Shown here: one piece after another, positions 23,660 to 35,387 of the stretch | Layout of the letters: each line of letters starts with the position of its first letter | How positions within the stretch are numbered: the stretch's first letter is position 1 | Origin: Antechinus flavipes | Taxonomy: Eukaryota | DNA: 64,000 bases | Reading direction: 5' to 3' | Assembly (NCBI RefSeq): GCF_016432865.1 | Contig: NC_067401.1 | Span: 132,618,001 to 132,682,000, forward strand | Notes under the pieces: generated by a model | Database searches by the model: none | What the model was told of the DNA's origin: nothing | The model's input: the letters and a program-made list of their open reading frames with translations, nothing else | Made by a program: the position numbers and the translations under genes

Positions 23660-25410
23660 AGGAAAGAAATCTGAGAGGTGGAGCCAACATAATGGAGTAA
23701 AGGCAGAAACTTGTACAACCTCTCCCCTAAACTGCTTCAAATTCTTTTAAATAATGATTCTTTAAAAAATTAGAGCATTAGAACACCCAAAAAGATGGAG
23801 TAGAATATTTTCCAATGAAAGACAATTTAGAAGCTCAGCAGAAAAGGTCTGTGACACAAGGGTAAGAGTGTTTGCACAGCTCCAACCCAGTCTGGCCTGG
23901 CTGAACCTCTGAATCAGCAGCAGTACTGGGGCTTCCAGACTTCTTAGCCCAGAGACACCAAAGAGGACATGGGAGATCAGCAGAAAAGTTCTTTAGAACC
24001 AGAGTAGGACCCCAGCACATAATTCCAGTGCTGGCCCGGCTCTAGCCCCAGCTCCAATCCAGACTCCAGTGTCAGCAAGATGGAACCTCTGAATCAGCAG
24101 CAATGCTAGAGGCTTCTGGACCTCTTAGCCCAGAGACATTAAGGAGGTCTGGGAAGGTCAATGGAGAGGGTCTGTGGCAATGGAGTAGGAGTCTGTTGTG
24201 CAGACCCAGGATAGTATGAAGTCAGCAGAGCCCCAGCCCTGGAAAACACACTAGATATTACAGCTACAATACTTCCAGGGCAGAAAAGAGTGCTTGTGTC
24301 AGATTCCTAGAAGGATCTCTGAAAATAGCTGCACAAAACTCCTGAAATTTGGGACAGTGAACCCTTCATCCTGGAAACAGAGCCCTACTTTAACAAAGAG
24401 TTAAAAGCTAAATAATAGGCTAGGAAAATGAGCACACAACAAAAAAGTTTCTGACCACTGAAAGTTATTATAGTGGTAAGGAAGATCAAAACCATACTAA
24501 GAAGATGATAACAAAGTCAAAGCACCTAAATCCAAAGCCTCCAAGAAAAATACAAATTGGGTTCAAGCCATAGAAGAACTCAAAAGGGAGTGTGAAAATC
24601 AAGTAAGAGAGATTGAGAAAAAATAGAGAAAGAATTGAGAGAGGTGCAAAAGAAAAACATAAAAAACTAATGATGAGAGGAATGCCTTAAAAAGCAAAAT
24701 TGGCCAATTAAGAAAGAAGGTACAGAAGCTCACTGAGGAAAATAATTCCTTAAAAAATAAAATTGAACAAATGGAAACTAATGACTTTATTGTATCAAGA
24801 TACAATAAAACACAACCAAAAAATGAAAAATAGAAAAAAATGTGAAATATCTCTTTGGAAAAACAACTGACCTGGAAAATAAATACAGAAGAGATAATTT
24901 TAAAATTACTGGTGTGCCTGAAAGTTATGATTTAAAAAAAAGAGCCTGAACATCATCTTTCAAGAAATTATCAAGGAAAACTGTTCTAATATTCTAGAAC
25001 CAAAGGGTAAAATAGAAATTGAAAGAATCCACCTCTTGAAAGAAGGTACAAAATGAAAACTCCTTAAATATTAAAGCCAAATTCTAGAACTCCCAGGTCA
25101 AGGAAAATATAGTGCAAGCATTCAAAAAGAAACAATTCAAGAACAGTGGAGCCACAGTCAGAATAATACAAGATTTTAGCAGCTTCTACATTAAAGAACT
25201 ACAAGTCTTGGAATATGATATTCCAGAGAGCACTGGAGCTAGGATTGCAACCAAGAATCACCTACCCAGCAAAACTAAATATAATCCTTCAGAGGAAAAT
25301 GTGGTCATTCAATAAAACCAGATTTTCAAGCATTCATGATGAAAAAACCAGAGTTGAATGGAAAATTTGATTTTCAAATACTGGACTCTGGAGAAACATA
25401 ATGAGGTGAT
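23660..25410 (+). mobile_element. Decayed L1 5' UTR (180-bp tandem monomers) plus ORF1
   Basis: Repeated GAACCTCTGAATCAGCAGCA at 23903 and 24083; downstream frameshifted ORF1-like coiled-coil and RRM segments (GCCACAGTCAGAATAATACAAGATTT, CACCTACCCAGCAAAACT). Confidence 0.75.
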
Positions 25411-25469
25411 CAGGAGAGTTTGAATACAGAATACATAATAATACTCTCAAAAAAAGAGAAAAAGAAAGG

Positions 25470-25960
25470 TCACCTTCTTTTACATTTTTTTCATTGACTT
25501 CCTTGATATTGTTGACTTTTTATTATTCTAGATGAATTTGATTATTATTTTTCTAGCACTATAAAATCATTTTGGAAGTTTGATTGATATGTTATTGAAT
25601 AAATAAATTAATTCAGGCTGAATTGAAATTTTAGTTAAATTGATTTGACTTACCCACGAGAAATTCATATTTTTTCTAGTTGTTGAGATTTGACTTTATT
25701 AGAGTGAAAAGTGTTTTGTAATTGTGTTCATATAGTTTCTAAGTTTGTTTTAGCAGGTGAACTCCCAAGTATTTTATATTATCTGCAGTTATTTTAAATG
25801 GAATTTTTCTTTTTACCCCTTGCTGCTAAACTTTGTTGGTAGTATATAGAAATGCTGATTTGTATGAGGTTTTTTATATCTGTGACTTTCCAACTGTGTT
25901 GGAATATATGCAATATATTGATGTAATCTTCTTGCTAATATTTTCTTTGAAAGTTTTGTG
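25470..25960 (-). mobile_element. L1 ORF2 fragment (antisense)
   Basis: Reverse complement of L1 mid-ORF2; boundaries approximate. Confidence 0.75.
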
Positions 25961-26007
25961 TCAATTTTCAGATGAGGAATTTGAAACTAGTTATATGATC
26001 AAAAAAA

Positions 26008-26047
<40 letters not shown>

Positions 26048-26800
26048 TAGTCATATGAAAAGGTGCTCCAAATCACTATTGATCAAAGAAATGCATGTTA
26101 AGACAACTCTGAGATACCACTACATACCTCTCAGATTGGCTGAAGATAATGACAAATGTTGGAGGGGATGTGGAAAAACTGGGACACTTATACATTTTTG
26201 GTGGAATAGTGAACTGATTCAACCATTCTGGAGAGCAATTTGGAACTATGCCCAAAGGGCTATCAAACTGTGCATACCCTGTGATCCAACAATGTTTCTA
26301 CTGGACTTGTATCCCAAAGAGATCTTAAAGGAGGGAAAGGGACCCACATGTGCAAAACTGTTTGTGGTAATCCTTTTTGTAGTGGCAAGAAAGAGAGTGG
26401 ATGTCCATCAGTTGGAGAATGGCTTCATAAGTTATGGTATATGAATATTACACCCAGAGAGAAGACTGTGGGATCTGAATGTGGACCACAACATAGTATT
26501 TTCACTATTTCCTGTTGTTGTTTTCTTGCATTTTGTTTTCTTTCTCAGGTTTTCTTTTCCTTTTTGATCCAATTTTTCTTGTGCAGCAAAATAAACTTAT
26601 AAATACGTAAACATATATTTTAACAAATTTAACATGTATTGGACTATATGCCATCTAGGGGAGAAGGTGAGGGGAAAAGGGGGAAAATTTGGAACAGAAG
26701 ATTTTGCAAGGATCAATGTTGAAAAATTACTCATGCATATTTTTTATTTATAAAAACCTTTAAATAAATAAATAAGTGAATGAATAAATGAATGAATGAA
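25960..26800 (+). mobile_element. L1 3' fragment carrying a TSD-flanked A/GA insertion
   Basis: ORF 25833-26444 C-terminal half is L1 ORF2 (KRCSKSLLIKEM..KTTLRYH, KCWRGCGKTGTLIH.WW); A-rich tail about 26760-26805. Confidence 0.85.
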
Positions 26801-26809
26801 TGAATAAGC

Positions 26810-28260
26810 GGGGAAAGTTTTGGGTCAATATTCATTAGGAAAATTTATGCATATATTTCTTTATTTTCACTCTTGCTGATTTAGATATCAGTGTATTTGA
26901 GTCATACAAGGAATTTGCTAAGGTTTTTTATTTATCTTTTTTTTTCTCATATAGTTTATAGCATTGGAATGGATTGTTTTTTTAAGTGTTTCATATAATT
27001 TATTTGTGACCATCTGGTCTTGGGAATTTTTTCTTAAGTAGTTCAGTTATGGTTTGTTCAATTTATTTTTGCAAGATACGGTTATTTAAATATTGTATTT
27101 CTTCTGCTTATCTTGACAATTTATATTTTTGTAAATATTCATCCATTTCACCTAGATTTCAAATATATTGGCATATAATTTGGCAAAGTAGCTGCTAATA
27201 ATTGTTTTAATTTCATTTTCATTTGTGATGTATTCATCTTTTTTTCATTTTTGATGATGGTTATTACTTTTTCTTTCTTTTTAANNNNNNNNNNNNNNNN
27301 NNNNNNNNNNNNNNNNNNNNNNNNNNNNNNNNNNNNNNNNNNNNNNNNNNNNNNNNNNNNNNNNNNNNNNNNNNNNNNNNNNNNNNNNNNNNNNNNNNNN
27401 NNNNNNNNNNNNNNNNNNNNNNNNNNNNNNNNNNNNNNNNNNNNNNNNNNNNNNNNNNNNNNNNNNNNNNNNNNTTAAACAATAGTTTATCTACCTAAAA
27501 GTAGTTCTTAGTTTTATGTTTTAGTTCAATGGTTTTCTTACTTCCAATTTTGTTTAATCTCTCATTTAATTTTCAGGGCTTTTAAGTTAATGTTTCACTG
27601 GAGATTTTTAAACTAATCTTTTTCTAGTTTTTTTTTTTAAATTTCATGTCCAATTCACTGATCTGTTCTTTTTTCCATTTTACTTATGTAAGCATTTAGA
27701 GATATAAATTTCCCTGTCAGTACTTCTTCGGCTGCATCCCATAAATTTTGATACAATGTCTCATTATCATTATCTTTAATGAAATTAGTTATTCTGTTTT
27801 TTGTTACTTTTCTCACTTTTGCTTTAGTATTAGAATATTAGTTTCTAATTAATTTTTATCTACATTTCCTTGGGTCTTTATTGAACATGTTTATTGCATT
27901 ATGTATTTTAAAAAGATGTATTTATTATTTCTGCTCCTTTGCTTTTCTTTATGAGGTTTTGGTGACCTAATTCATTATCAATTTTTGAGCTGTACAGCTG
28001 AGAAAAAGATATATTCTTTTCTGCTCCCTTCCATTTTTCTCTTGAAGTTTGTCATATCTAACTTTTCTAAAATTCTATTCTATTACCTGTTTCTTCCTCA
28101 TTTAACTTTTTCCTAAAGAATTTAAATAATACTTCATTTGGTGAATATGTTTATTATTGATATTACTTCATATATCTATGGTAGTATTTAATAAGTTGCA
28201 GTTTCCCTGCTTATTTCTTTTGATTAGATCTACTTTTGATATATAACAAGTTTTATGTTT
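26810..28260 (-). mobile_element. Old L1 ORF2 (EN/linker) fragments spanning an N gap
   Basis: Strongly T-rich, with antisense L1 motifs (CCATCTGGTCTTGGG, GCTGCATCCCATAAATTTTG). Confidence 0.65.
27285..27474. other. Assembly gap (190 N)
   Basis: N run. Confidence 1.
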
Positions 28261-31254
28261 TTGTGCCAATATTTTCAGAGCTAGGTCTGGGGTTCTATAT
28301 GTTTTCAATGCTTCTAAGGTGGTATAATCCAAAAGTGTGGTCACTGCATTCCTAGCCCATAGTGTGATTTTTACTCAGGAAGGAACCTTCTCTCTCCTCC
28401 CCTCCCCAAGTGCTAAGTATAGTTAAATATTTACTGACTAAAGTGGTGAGATGAAGGTAGGATCACATGGGTGGAGAGAAGGGAATAGATAAAAGACTTA
28501 TTAAACAGGGATTTGACAACATCTGTGATGTGAGGGGTAAAAAAGACAGAAAATTCAAAGATAATTCTGAAATTGAGAGCTTGACTTGACGGATTGTGTT
28601 GCACAGAATGGAAATAAAGGTATGAAAAGAGCTAGTTTTGGGAGGAAATGGTAAATTTGTCTTAGAATATGTTGAATTCCAGATGTCTTTAAGACATTTA
28701 GGTAGGGGCATCCAATAAGTAGTTGATGGTATGCAAGTGAAACTCAGGAAAACTTTATGATTGAAAATGTCAGCTTTTCAAGTGAAGATGATTTCTAACT
28801 ACTTTAAAAAAAAAAAAAATCTGTCACCCAGATTACCAACATCTAAATCATCCTCAACTCTTCATTCTCCCTCATCCTTTACATTCAATGTGTTGGTGAA
28901 TCCTGGCAGTCTTACCACTGCAGTATAACTTGGTATTCATTTCCTTCTTTTGAGATCCTCCAATAGCTACCATTCTGGTTCAGATATTCATTATCCCTCA
29001 TAAGTTTTGTTGAAATTTTCCATTACCAATGGATTATTGGATTTCTCCATCAAGATGTCCCAGATTCAATGTATCCAAAATGAAATTTATTCATTCCCCC
29101 CCAAATCATCCCCTTTTCTAATTTCCTTATTTTTATTCATCTTCAACCCATCCTCTACAAAACATCCTAAGTGACAATCTCCCCTAGAGTATAGAAACAG
29201 ATTACTTTGCAACTCAAAAAATTTTGTTCTTGCTTCTTGGACAAAATACAAATATCTTTGCTTCTCTTTTAATGTTCTTCCACAATTTATCCAACTGCCC
29301 CTTTTCAGGATTTATATTATTTGAGTCTTGCTATTCTCCATTCACAACATTACATCTCCTCTTCCTGTGGTTTGGACAGCCTGGGTCCCCAAGTCTAGAA
29401 CGTTCTCCCTTCTCACTTTGCCCTCTAGCTATATCTTGTCTCACCCAAATCTCAGATCAAGTACTGCCTCCTTCTGTAGGAATCTTTCTCTGATTTCCCC
29501 AGTTATTAGTGCCATCCTAAATCTTATAAAATTGCTTTGTCTTGTATTGTCTTGTATTTACTTATCTGGGACTATGTTTGGGGTCTCAATCCATCCTAAG
29601 TTTCATGAGGATGAAGACCATTTAATTTTTGTGTTTGAATCCCTAGCACTGAACACAGGGTTAGCACATATTAGATTTTTCTATATTCTTGTGAAATTAA
29701 ACTGAATTGATTCATAAACCAGGTACAGACTGACAATCACAAGCCTTAAGAATCACACAACTTGATAAAGCTGAGAGCAAATAAATATATACTTCTGGAA
29801 TTTTATGTGCCCTGGTATGTACTGCAGCATATTTCAATTTCAACATTACATTTTTTTCTAATTGTAATGAACTACTACTGTGCTATGATGAGCTTGTTGA
29901 TTTTGGAAAAATTTGGAAAGACTTATATGAAATAATGAAGAATTATATGAGTAGAACAAGAGAATGATGTATACAATAACAGCAATATTATTTGAAGAAT
30001 AACTGAACAACTAAGATAGTATTATAAATATTCAAATTAACTACAAAGGCTCTTTCTTTGAGGAAATGGCTCTTCACTTCCAAGAAAAAATCTGATAAAG
30101 AGAAGTATGCACAATATGATTCAATATAATATAAACATATACATATGTATGTATAAATATCTATGTACTTATATATACACATGTGTATGAAATAGTGATC
30201 TTCTCTAGTGCAGGAGAGGAGGAAGATAGTTCAGAACTTAAAATGTAAATAATAAACTTTAAAAGATTGCATTTTCTCAGCTATACATACAGTCCTTAAG
30301 ACAGTTCTTCTGGGGAGAACAAAAAAATATAGAAAATGTACATATACATTTTTATAAATATCATAAAATAGATATGACCAAAAAAGGACAAGAAGCACTG
30401 GATGGTAGATAGAAAACTCACTTTGAGTTTAAATTCTACCTAGAACTTATTTCACATGAATTGTGGTATGGGTGACTGGGTCACATTGGGTCAACAGAGG
30501 CATAAAGGACAATGAGGGAGATGAGCTCCCAATGGAATATGGACTCCCTGAGAAGAAGGGAAATATGAGGGTCACAGGTCTTTGAGTGATGGGACTAGGG
30601 AAGGTAACAGGGCTACATTGCACAGAACAGACCATAAAAGGTTCTTGAATCACTGTGAGGAGGTAGTGTCCCAAGGTTATCAGCAATCTGGAACAAAGCT
30701 CCCACCTTCTTTCTGGCATGCAGCTTCCATCTCCGAAATCTGAATATTTCCAGTAGCTATTCCCCATGGCTAGAACTTTCTCTCTCTTCATCTTTACCTC
30801 CTAACTTCCCTGGCTTCTTTTAAGACTCAGATAAAGTCACACCTTCAGCAAGAAGTTTTCCCAGTCCGCTTTAATCATAATGCCTTCCCTCAGAGACCAC
30901 TCCCACTTTATCCTTTTATAACTCATTTATATATTGTTGTTTGCATAGTGTCTCCTTTCTCAGACTGTGAGTTCTCTGACATGATGGCCCTAGCACTTAG
31001 CACAGTGCTTGCAATATAGTAAGTTATTACTTGGCCTTTCATTCATATCTTACTCTTGGACCATAGCAAAAAAGACCTTTTTATCTTCCACTGTCTGCTT
31101 AAGTCTGTCCATAATAGTGTAAGTATTTAATAAATATTATTTGATTGACTGACAGTGGCCCCAGGAATTACAGCCATTCATTGATACTTACTAGTAGTAT
31201 GACCACTGGTTAGTGACTTAACTTGGGTGCCCCCAGACAACTCTCTTAAAAATG

Positions 31255-31790
31255 TAAGTTATACTATGCCCAAAGGGCTATAAAACTGCTCATCCCCTTT
31301 GATCCAGCAATACTATTACTAGATCTATATCCCAAAGACATGTAAAGAGCTTATTTGTACAAAAATATTAATAGCAGCTCCTTTTTTTGTGGTGTCTAAG
31401 AACTGGAAATACCTATCAACTGGAGAATGGCTAAACAAGATGTGGTATTAGAATATTATTATATTATGAGAAATGACAAGCAGAATGATTTCAGAAAAAC
31501 CTGGAAAAACTTACATGACCTGATTAAAAAGTGAAGCCATATTGTTCAATGAAGAATTGTGAATGATAGCTATTTTCTGCAATAACAATGATCTAAGACA
31601 ATCTCAAAGAAATAATGATGCCTCCATCTGCCTCCAAAGAAAAAAACTGATGTTGTTTGACACAGAGTGAAGCATGCTATTTATCACTTTCTTTCTTTTT
31701 CTTTTATTCAAGTCTTCTTGTATAAAATGACTAATATGGAAATTTTTTACATAAAAAAGTAAGTTATAGTAAAGTTGCTCATGTGGGTCC
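31255..31790 (+). mobile_element. Old L1 3' fragment
   Basis: ACTATGCCCAAAGGGCTATAAAACTG...GAAATGACAAGCAGAATGATTTCAG. Confidence 0.7.
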
Positions 31791-32116
31791 ACAGAGGGGT
31801 TCCCAATCTTTGAGTCAATGATACCAGTAAAACAACAGAGCTACCTCTGGGGAAAGAAAAAGAAAAGAGGAGAAAAGGAAAGGAAAAGAAAAAAAAAAGA
31901 AATATGAGCTCAAAAATTGTGATCCAGTCATTCTATCATGAGATATCTTCATTCACACAAAGAGAGGGTTGAGATTAGCCTTTTAATGACAGGACTCAGT
32001 GGATAGAAAACCTCAAACTTATCCCACAGAACAAAGAATAGATTTAATTAGACTTAATTAAACCAAGGTGATTTTTAAAAATGCTATTTATGATTTTCAT
32101 AATACCTTAGTATTAG

Positions 32117-32200
32117 CCAATCAGAGATTCACTATGCAGCTAGCAACAAGGAAAAAATGCTAAATATTTGGTAAATACAGCTAGTGGAGGTATATATAAA
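32117..32200 (+). promoter_or_regulatory. KRTAP1-C core promoter module
   Basis: CCAATCAGAG 32117, GGAA 32150, GTAAATA 32171, AGCT 32179, TATAAA 32195. Confidence 0.7.
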
Positions 32201-32277
32201 GAGCTCGTAGGACAAAGGACAATCACATTTCAGAAACTTCTCTTTACTAGAAGACAAGAAACTGCTTTTCAGACACC

Positions 32278-32724
32278 ATGGCCTGCTGTAACTCCTGCTG
32301 CAACTCCTGCTCCACCAGCTTCTGTGGCTTCCCCAGCTGTTCTATGCAGGGAAACTGTGGATCTAGTTGCTGCCAAGACAGCTGTGGGTCCAGTTGCTGC
32401 CAACAGGGAGGCTGTGGGTTTGGCTCTGGGTTTGGCTCTGGGTTTGGCTCTGGGGCTGGCTGTGCACCTCCTTGTGAGACCACTTGCACAACCAGGTGTT
32501 ACCAACCCCCATGCTGCGGATGTGTGAGCTGCCGCACCAGGTGGTGCCGCCCAGACTGCAGAGTTGAGGGCACTTGCCTGCCACCTTGCTGCGTGGTCAG
32601 CTGCACTCCTCCATCTTGCTGCCAGCTGCATCATGCCCAGGCTTCTTGCTGCCGCCCATCCTACTGTGGACAGTCTTGCTGCCGTCCAGCCTGCTGCTGC
32701 TACTGCTGTGAGCCCACCTGCTGA
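32278..32724 (+). CDS. KRTAP1: Keratin-associated protein, KRTAP1 family, copy C (148 aa, with (GFGS)3 linker)
   Basis: Intact ORF with KAP1 signatures; TATATAAA at 32193-32200; CCAAT at 32117; AATAAA at 33081. Confidence 0.95.
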   Translation: MACCNSCCNSCSTSFCGFPSCSMQGNCGSSCCQDSCGSSCCQQGGCGFGSGFGSGFGSGAGCAPPCETTCTTRCYQPPCCGCVSCRTRWCRPDCRVEGTCLPPCCVVSCTPPSCCQLHHAQASCCRPSYCGQSCCRPACCCYCCEPTC

Positions 32725-33080
32725 GAACTAGGATCTATGGTTTACAAAGAAATTGATATTTGCAAGAAATGGATATGAGTTGAATGAAACATCTGTAGAG
32801 TCATGAAGATTATGAAGGAGGTTGAAAGACAATTGATAGCATGTCTTAGTCTTTCCTGCTTTGAAGATGCATTTTAAAAAAATTCAAATGCTTTCTTCTA
32901 GAACTTCCATAGGCTAAGAGAATCCACAAACTGAAGATCAAATTTTCCACAGCAGCTTAATCTTCAGAAAACATCTTACATGGAACAAAATATTGTCCAA
33001 CTGCTCTTTATTTGGATAATTTTCTATCCCCTTAATTTTCTCCTATTTTATTTATTCTTGAGTATTCTTTATTAATTTCA

Positions 33081-33086
33081 AATAAA
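33081..33086 (+). terminator. Polyadenylation signal, KRTAP1-C
   Basis: AATAAA about 355 nt after the stop. Confidence 0.65.
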
Positions 33087-34097
33087 TTCTGTTAGCCTGC
33101 AAAGTAAATTTGACCATGGTCTTTATTTTACTTTTAAAAAAATATTTGGAGCTTATGTTGTTAGGTATAATGGTGGATAGAGAGCTAGACTTGAAGCCAG
33201 GAAGATCTGAGTTTGAATACTATCTTAGACAATTACCAGCTAGGTGCCCCAGTTTCCTCATCTGTAAAATGAAAGTGTTAGACTTGATGATCTCTAGGCA
33301 GCTAGATGGAGCAGTAGATATAGTGCCAGACCTGGAGTTGGGAAGATTTGATTCAAATCCTGCCTCATAGTTATTAGTTGTGTGATTATGTAGGTAAGTC
33401 ATTTAAATTCTTTCTGCCTCAGTTCTTTCAACTGTAAAATGAGGACAATAATAGTCCCTACCCTTCAGGGATGTTGTTGTGATACTGCTATCATTCTAGT
33501 GCAAGCCTTCATCATCTCAAGCCTTGATTATTTCAGTAGTCTGCTCATTGTAGGGTGGGGGGGAAGGGGGAGAAATATGACTTTCTTAAGTCTCTCTCCA
33601 CTCCAATCCATTCTCCATTCAGGCACTAAAAGTGATTTTCCTAAAACTCAGGCCTAGTCATATTTCTCTTTTACTAAATAAATTCAGATGGCTTCTAGTT
33701 GCCTCCAGTATCAAATGCAAAAAGCCTCCTCCTATTTTCCCAGTCTTTTCACACCTCACTCTCTGACACATACTCTGTGATCTAGTGGATCACAGCCAGG
33801 AACTCCTGGCTGTTCCACAAACAAGATGCTCCATCTCTTGTCTCTGGGCATTTTTTCTGGTTGACTCTGAAGAATGGAACTTTATCCCTTCTTTGCTACA
33901 ACTATACAGATTTCCCTTGCTTCTTTTAAGATCCAACTAAAATCCCACCTTCTACAAGAAACTTTTCCAATCCCTCTTAATTACAGTTATTTCCTATTTA
34001 TCATATATAAAATATATATACATATTGTTTGCTTGCATATATTTGTTTGTATGTTGTTTACTCTTCATAGTGCAAGCTCCTTGGGAGTGGAGACTGT

Positions 34098-34586
34098 TGT
34101 AGTGTGCTTTCTAGAGCTCCCAAATTAGGGTGCCAACATATATTTTGCTTTCTAGAGCCTCCACGCTGAGGTGCCAAAATATACCATCTGGACTAGCTCT
34201 TTGGAGGATCTCGGGACCAATCTGAGTCCTTGGTCTTAATGGAGGAGTGATGAAGCAGGGACCCATGAAGGTGGTCAAAGATGGAGTCCAGTTATTTCAA
34301 GTCCTCTCAGCCTTTAAATAAATACCTTAGAACAATTACTTCACTATAACATACTGAGCATGTGCTAACTATAAACACCCTGCTATTAATATGTAAATGC
34401 CTCTTATACTGCAAATGTCTCCATTTCAAGTAGAACACACATTATCATACCCTCCCCCCACCTCCTCCCCGACTTCTCAGAAAGGCTAAGACATCCCAAA
34501 GGGAGATGAGAGCTGAAACAGACATTGTAGCAGGTTCCCTCTGGACTGAAGGATCTTATACCTCACTGAGAGTTCCCCCCTCTGTC
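34098..34586 (-). mobile_element. Probable solo LTR interrupting an L2 3' end
   Basis: Left end TGTAGTG, right end ...CCTCTGTC; contains GGTCAAAGATGGAGT (reverse complement of the motif at 7366) and a ~41-bp internal tandem duplication; the L2 tail resumes after it. Confidence 0.6.
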
Positions 34587-35331
34587 TGTGGCTCTCTTTT
34601 GTTTCTGTCTTTTGTTTCTTCTCAAATTCCCAATACTTACTACAGTTTCTTTTATATAGCAGGCACTTAATAAATGTTTATTGATTGAGCACGTATTAAA
34701 GTACCTACATACATTAAATGCTTAATAACTGTTATAATAGACTAGATAAAACATTAGGCTAAATCTAATAGAAAAGAATAAACTAGAGATCATAGAAGCA
34801 TATATTTAGAAATGGATAGGACCTTACATATCATCTGATCTGATTACATCATTCTACAGATAAACTGATACCTAGAAATGGTGAGTGACAATTCACAATC
34901 ACACTGGCAGTAAGGAATAGAGATGATATTCAAAACTAGTTCCTCTGACTTCAGATCATACATTCTTCTCAGTGTACCATATCACCACCCAAGATAAATA
35001 TAAAGCCATATTTAGATTCAAAAAGTCAATTTCACAAGGATAAAATGGAGGAAATAGGGCTAGATAGTAGCTTTACTGAAAACAGCACTGATGTTGTATC
35101 AAAACATCAAAGATAGTGATGTAGTAGCCAAGAAAGTTAATGTAGTATTAATTTGGCAACATTAAAAGAGGTATGGTTTCCAAGAATAAGGAACCATTTG
35201 GAGGATGGATTTGGAATGGGTCATAATTGAGTCAGAGAAACCAAATACAAGGGGATTGAAAAGGTTCATATGAGAGGTGATATATAGGTTTTATATATAT
35301 ATATACAGATAGATAGATAGATAGATAGATA

Positions 35332-35387
35332 AACTAAAGAGGGGACCTTTATATCATATATATGATATAAAGGTCCCCTCTTTAGTT
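35332..35387. repeat. Perfect 56-bp palindrome (28-bp arms, no spacer)
   Basis: AACTAAAGAGGGGACCTTTATATCATAT|ATATGATATAAAGGTCCCCTCTTTAGTT, checked base by base. Confidence 0.97.

Noticed and set aside
25470-26800. Possible twin-priming (5'-inverted) L1 formed by the antisense and sense fragments
   Set aside because: No TSD found around the pair and the two pieces appear separated by several hundred nt in L1 coordinates; independent insertions are equally plausible.
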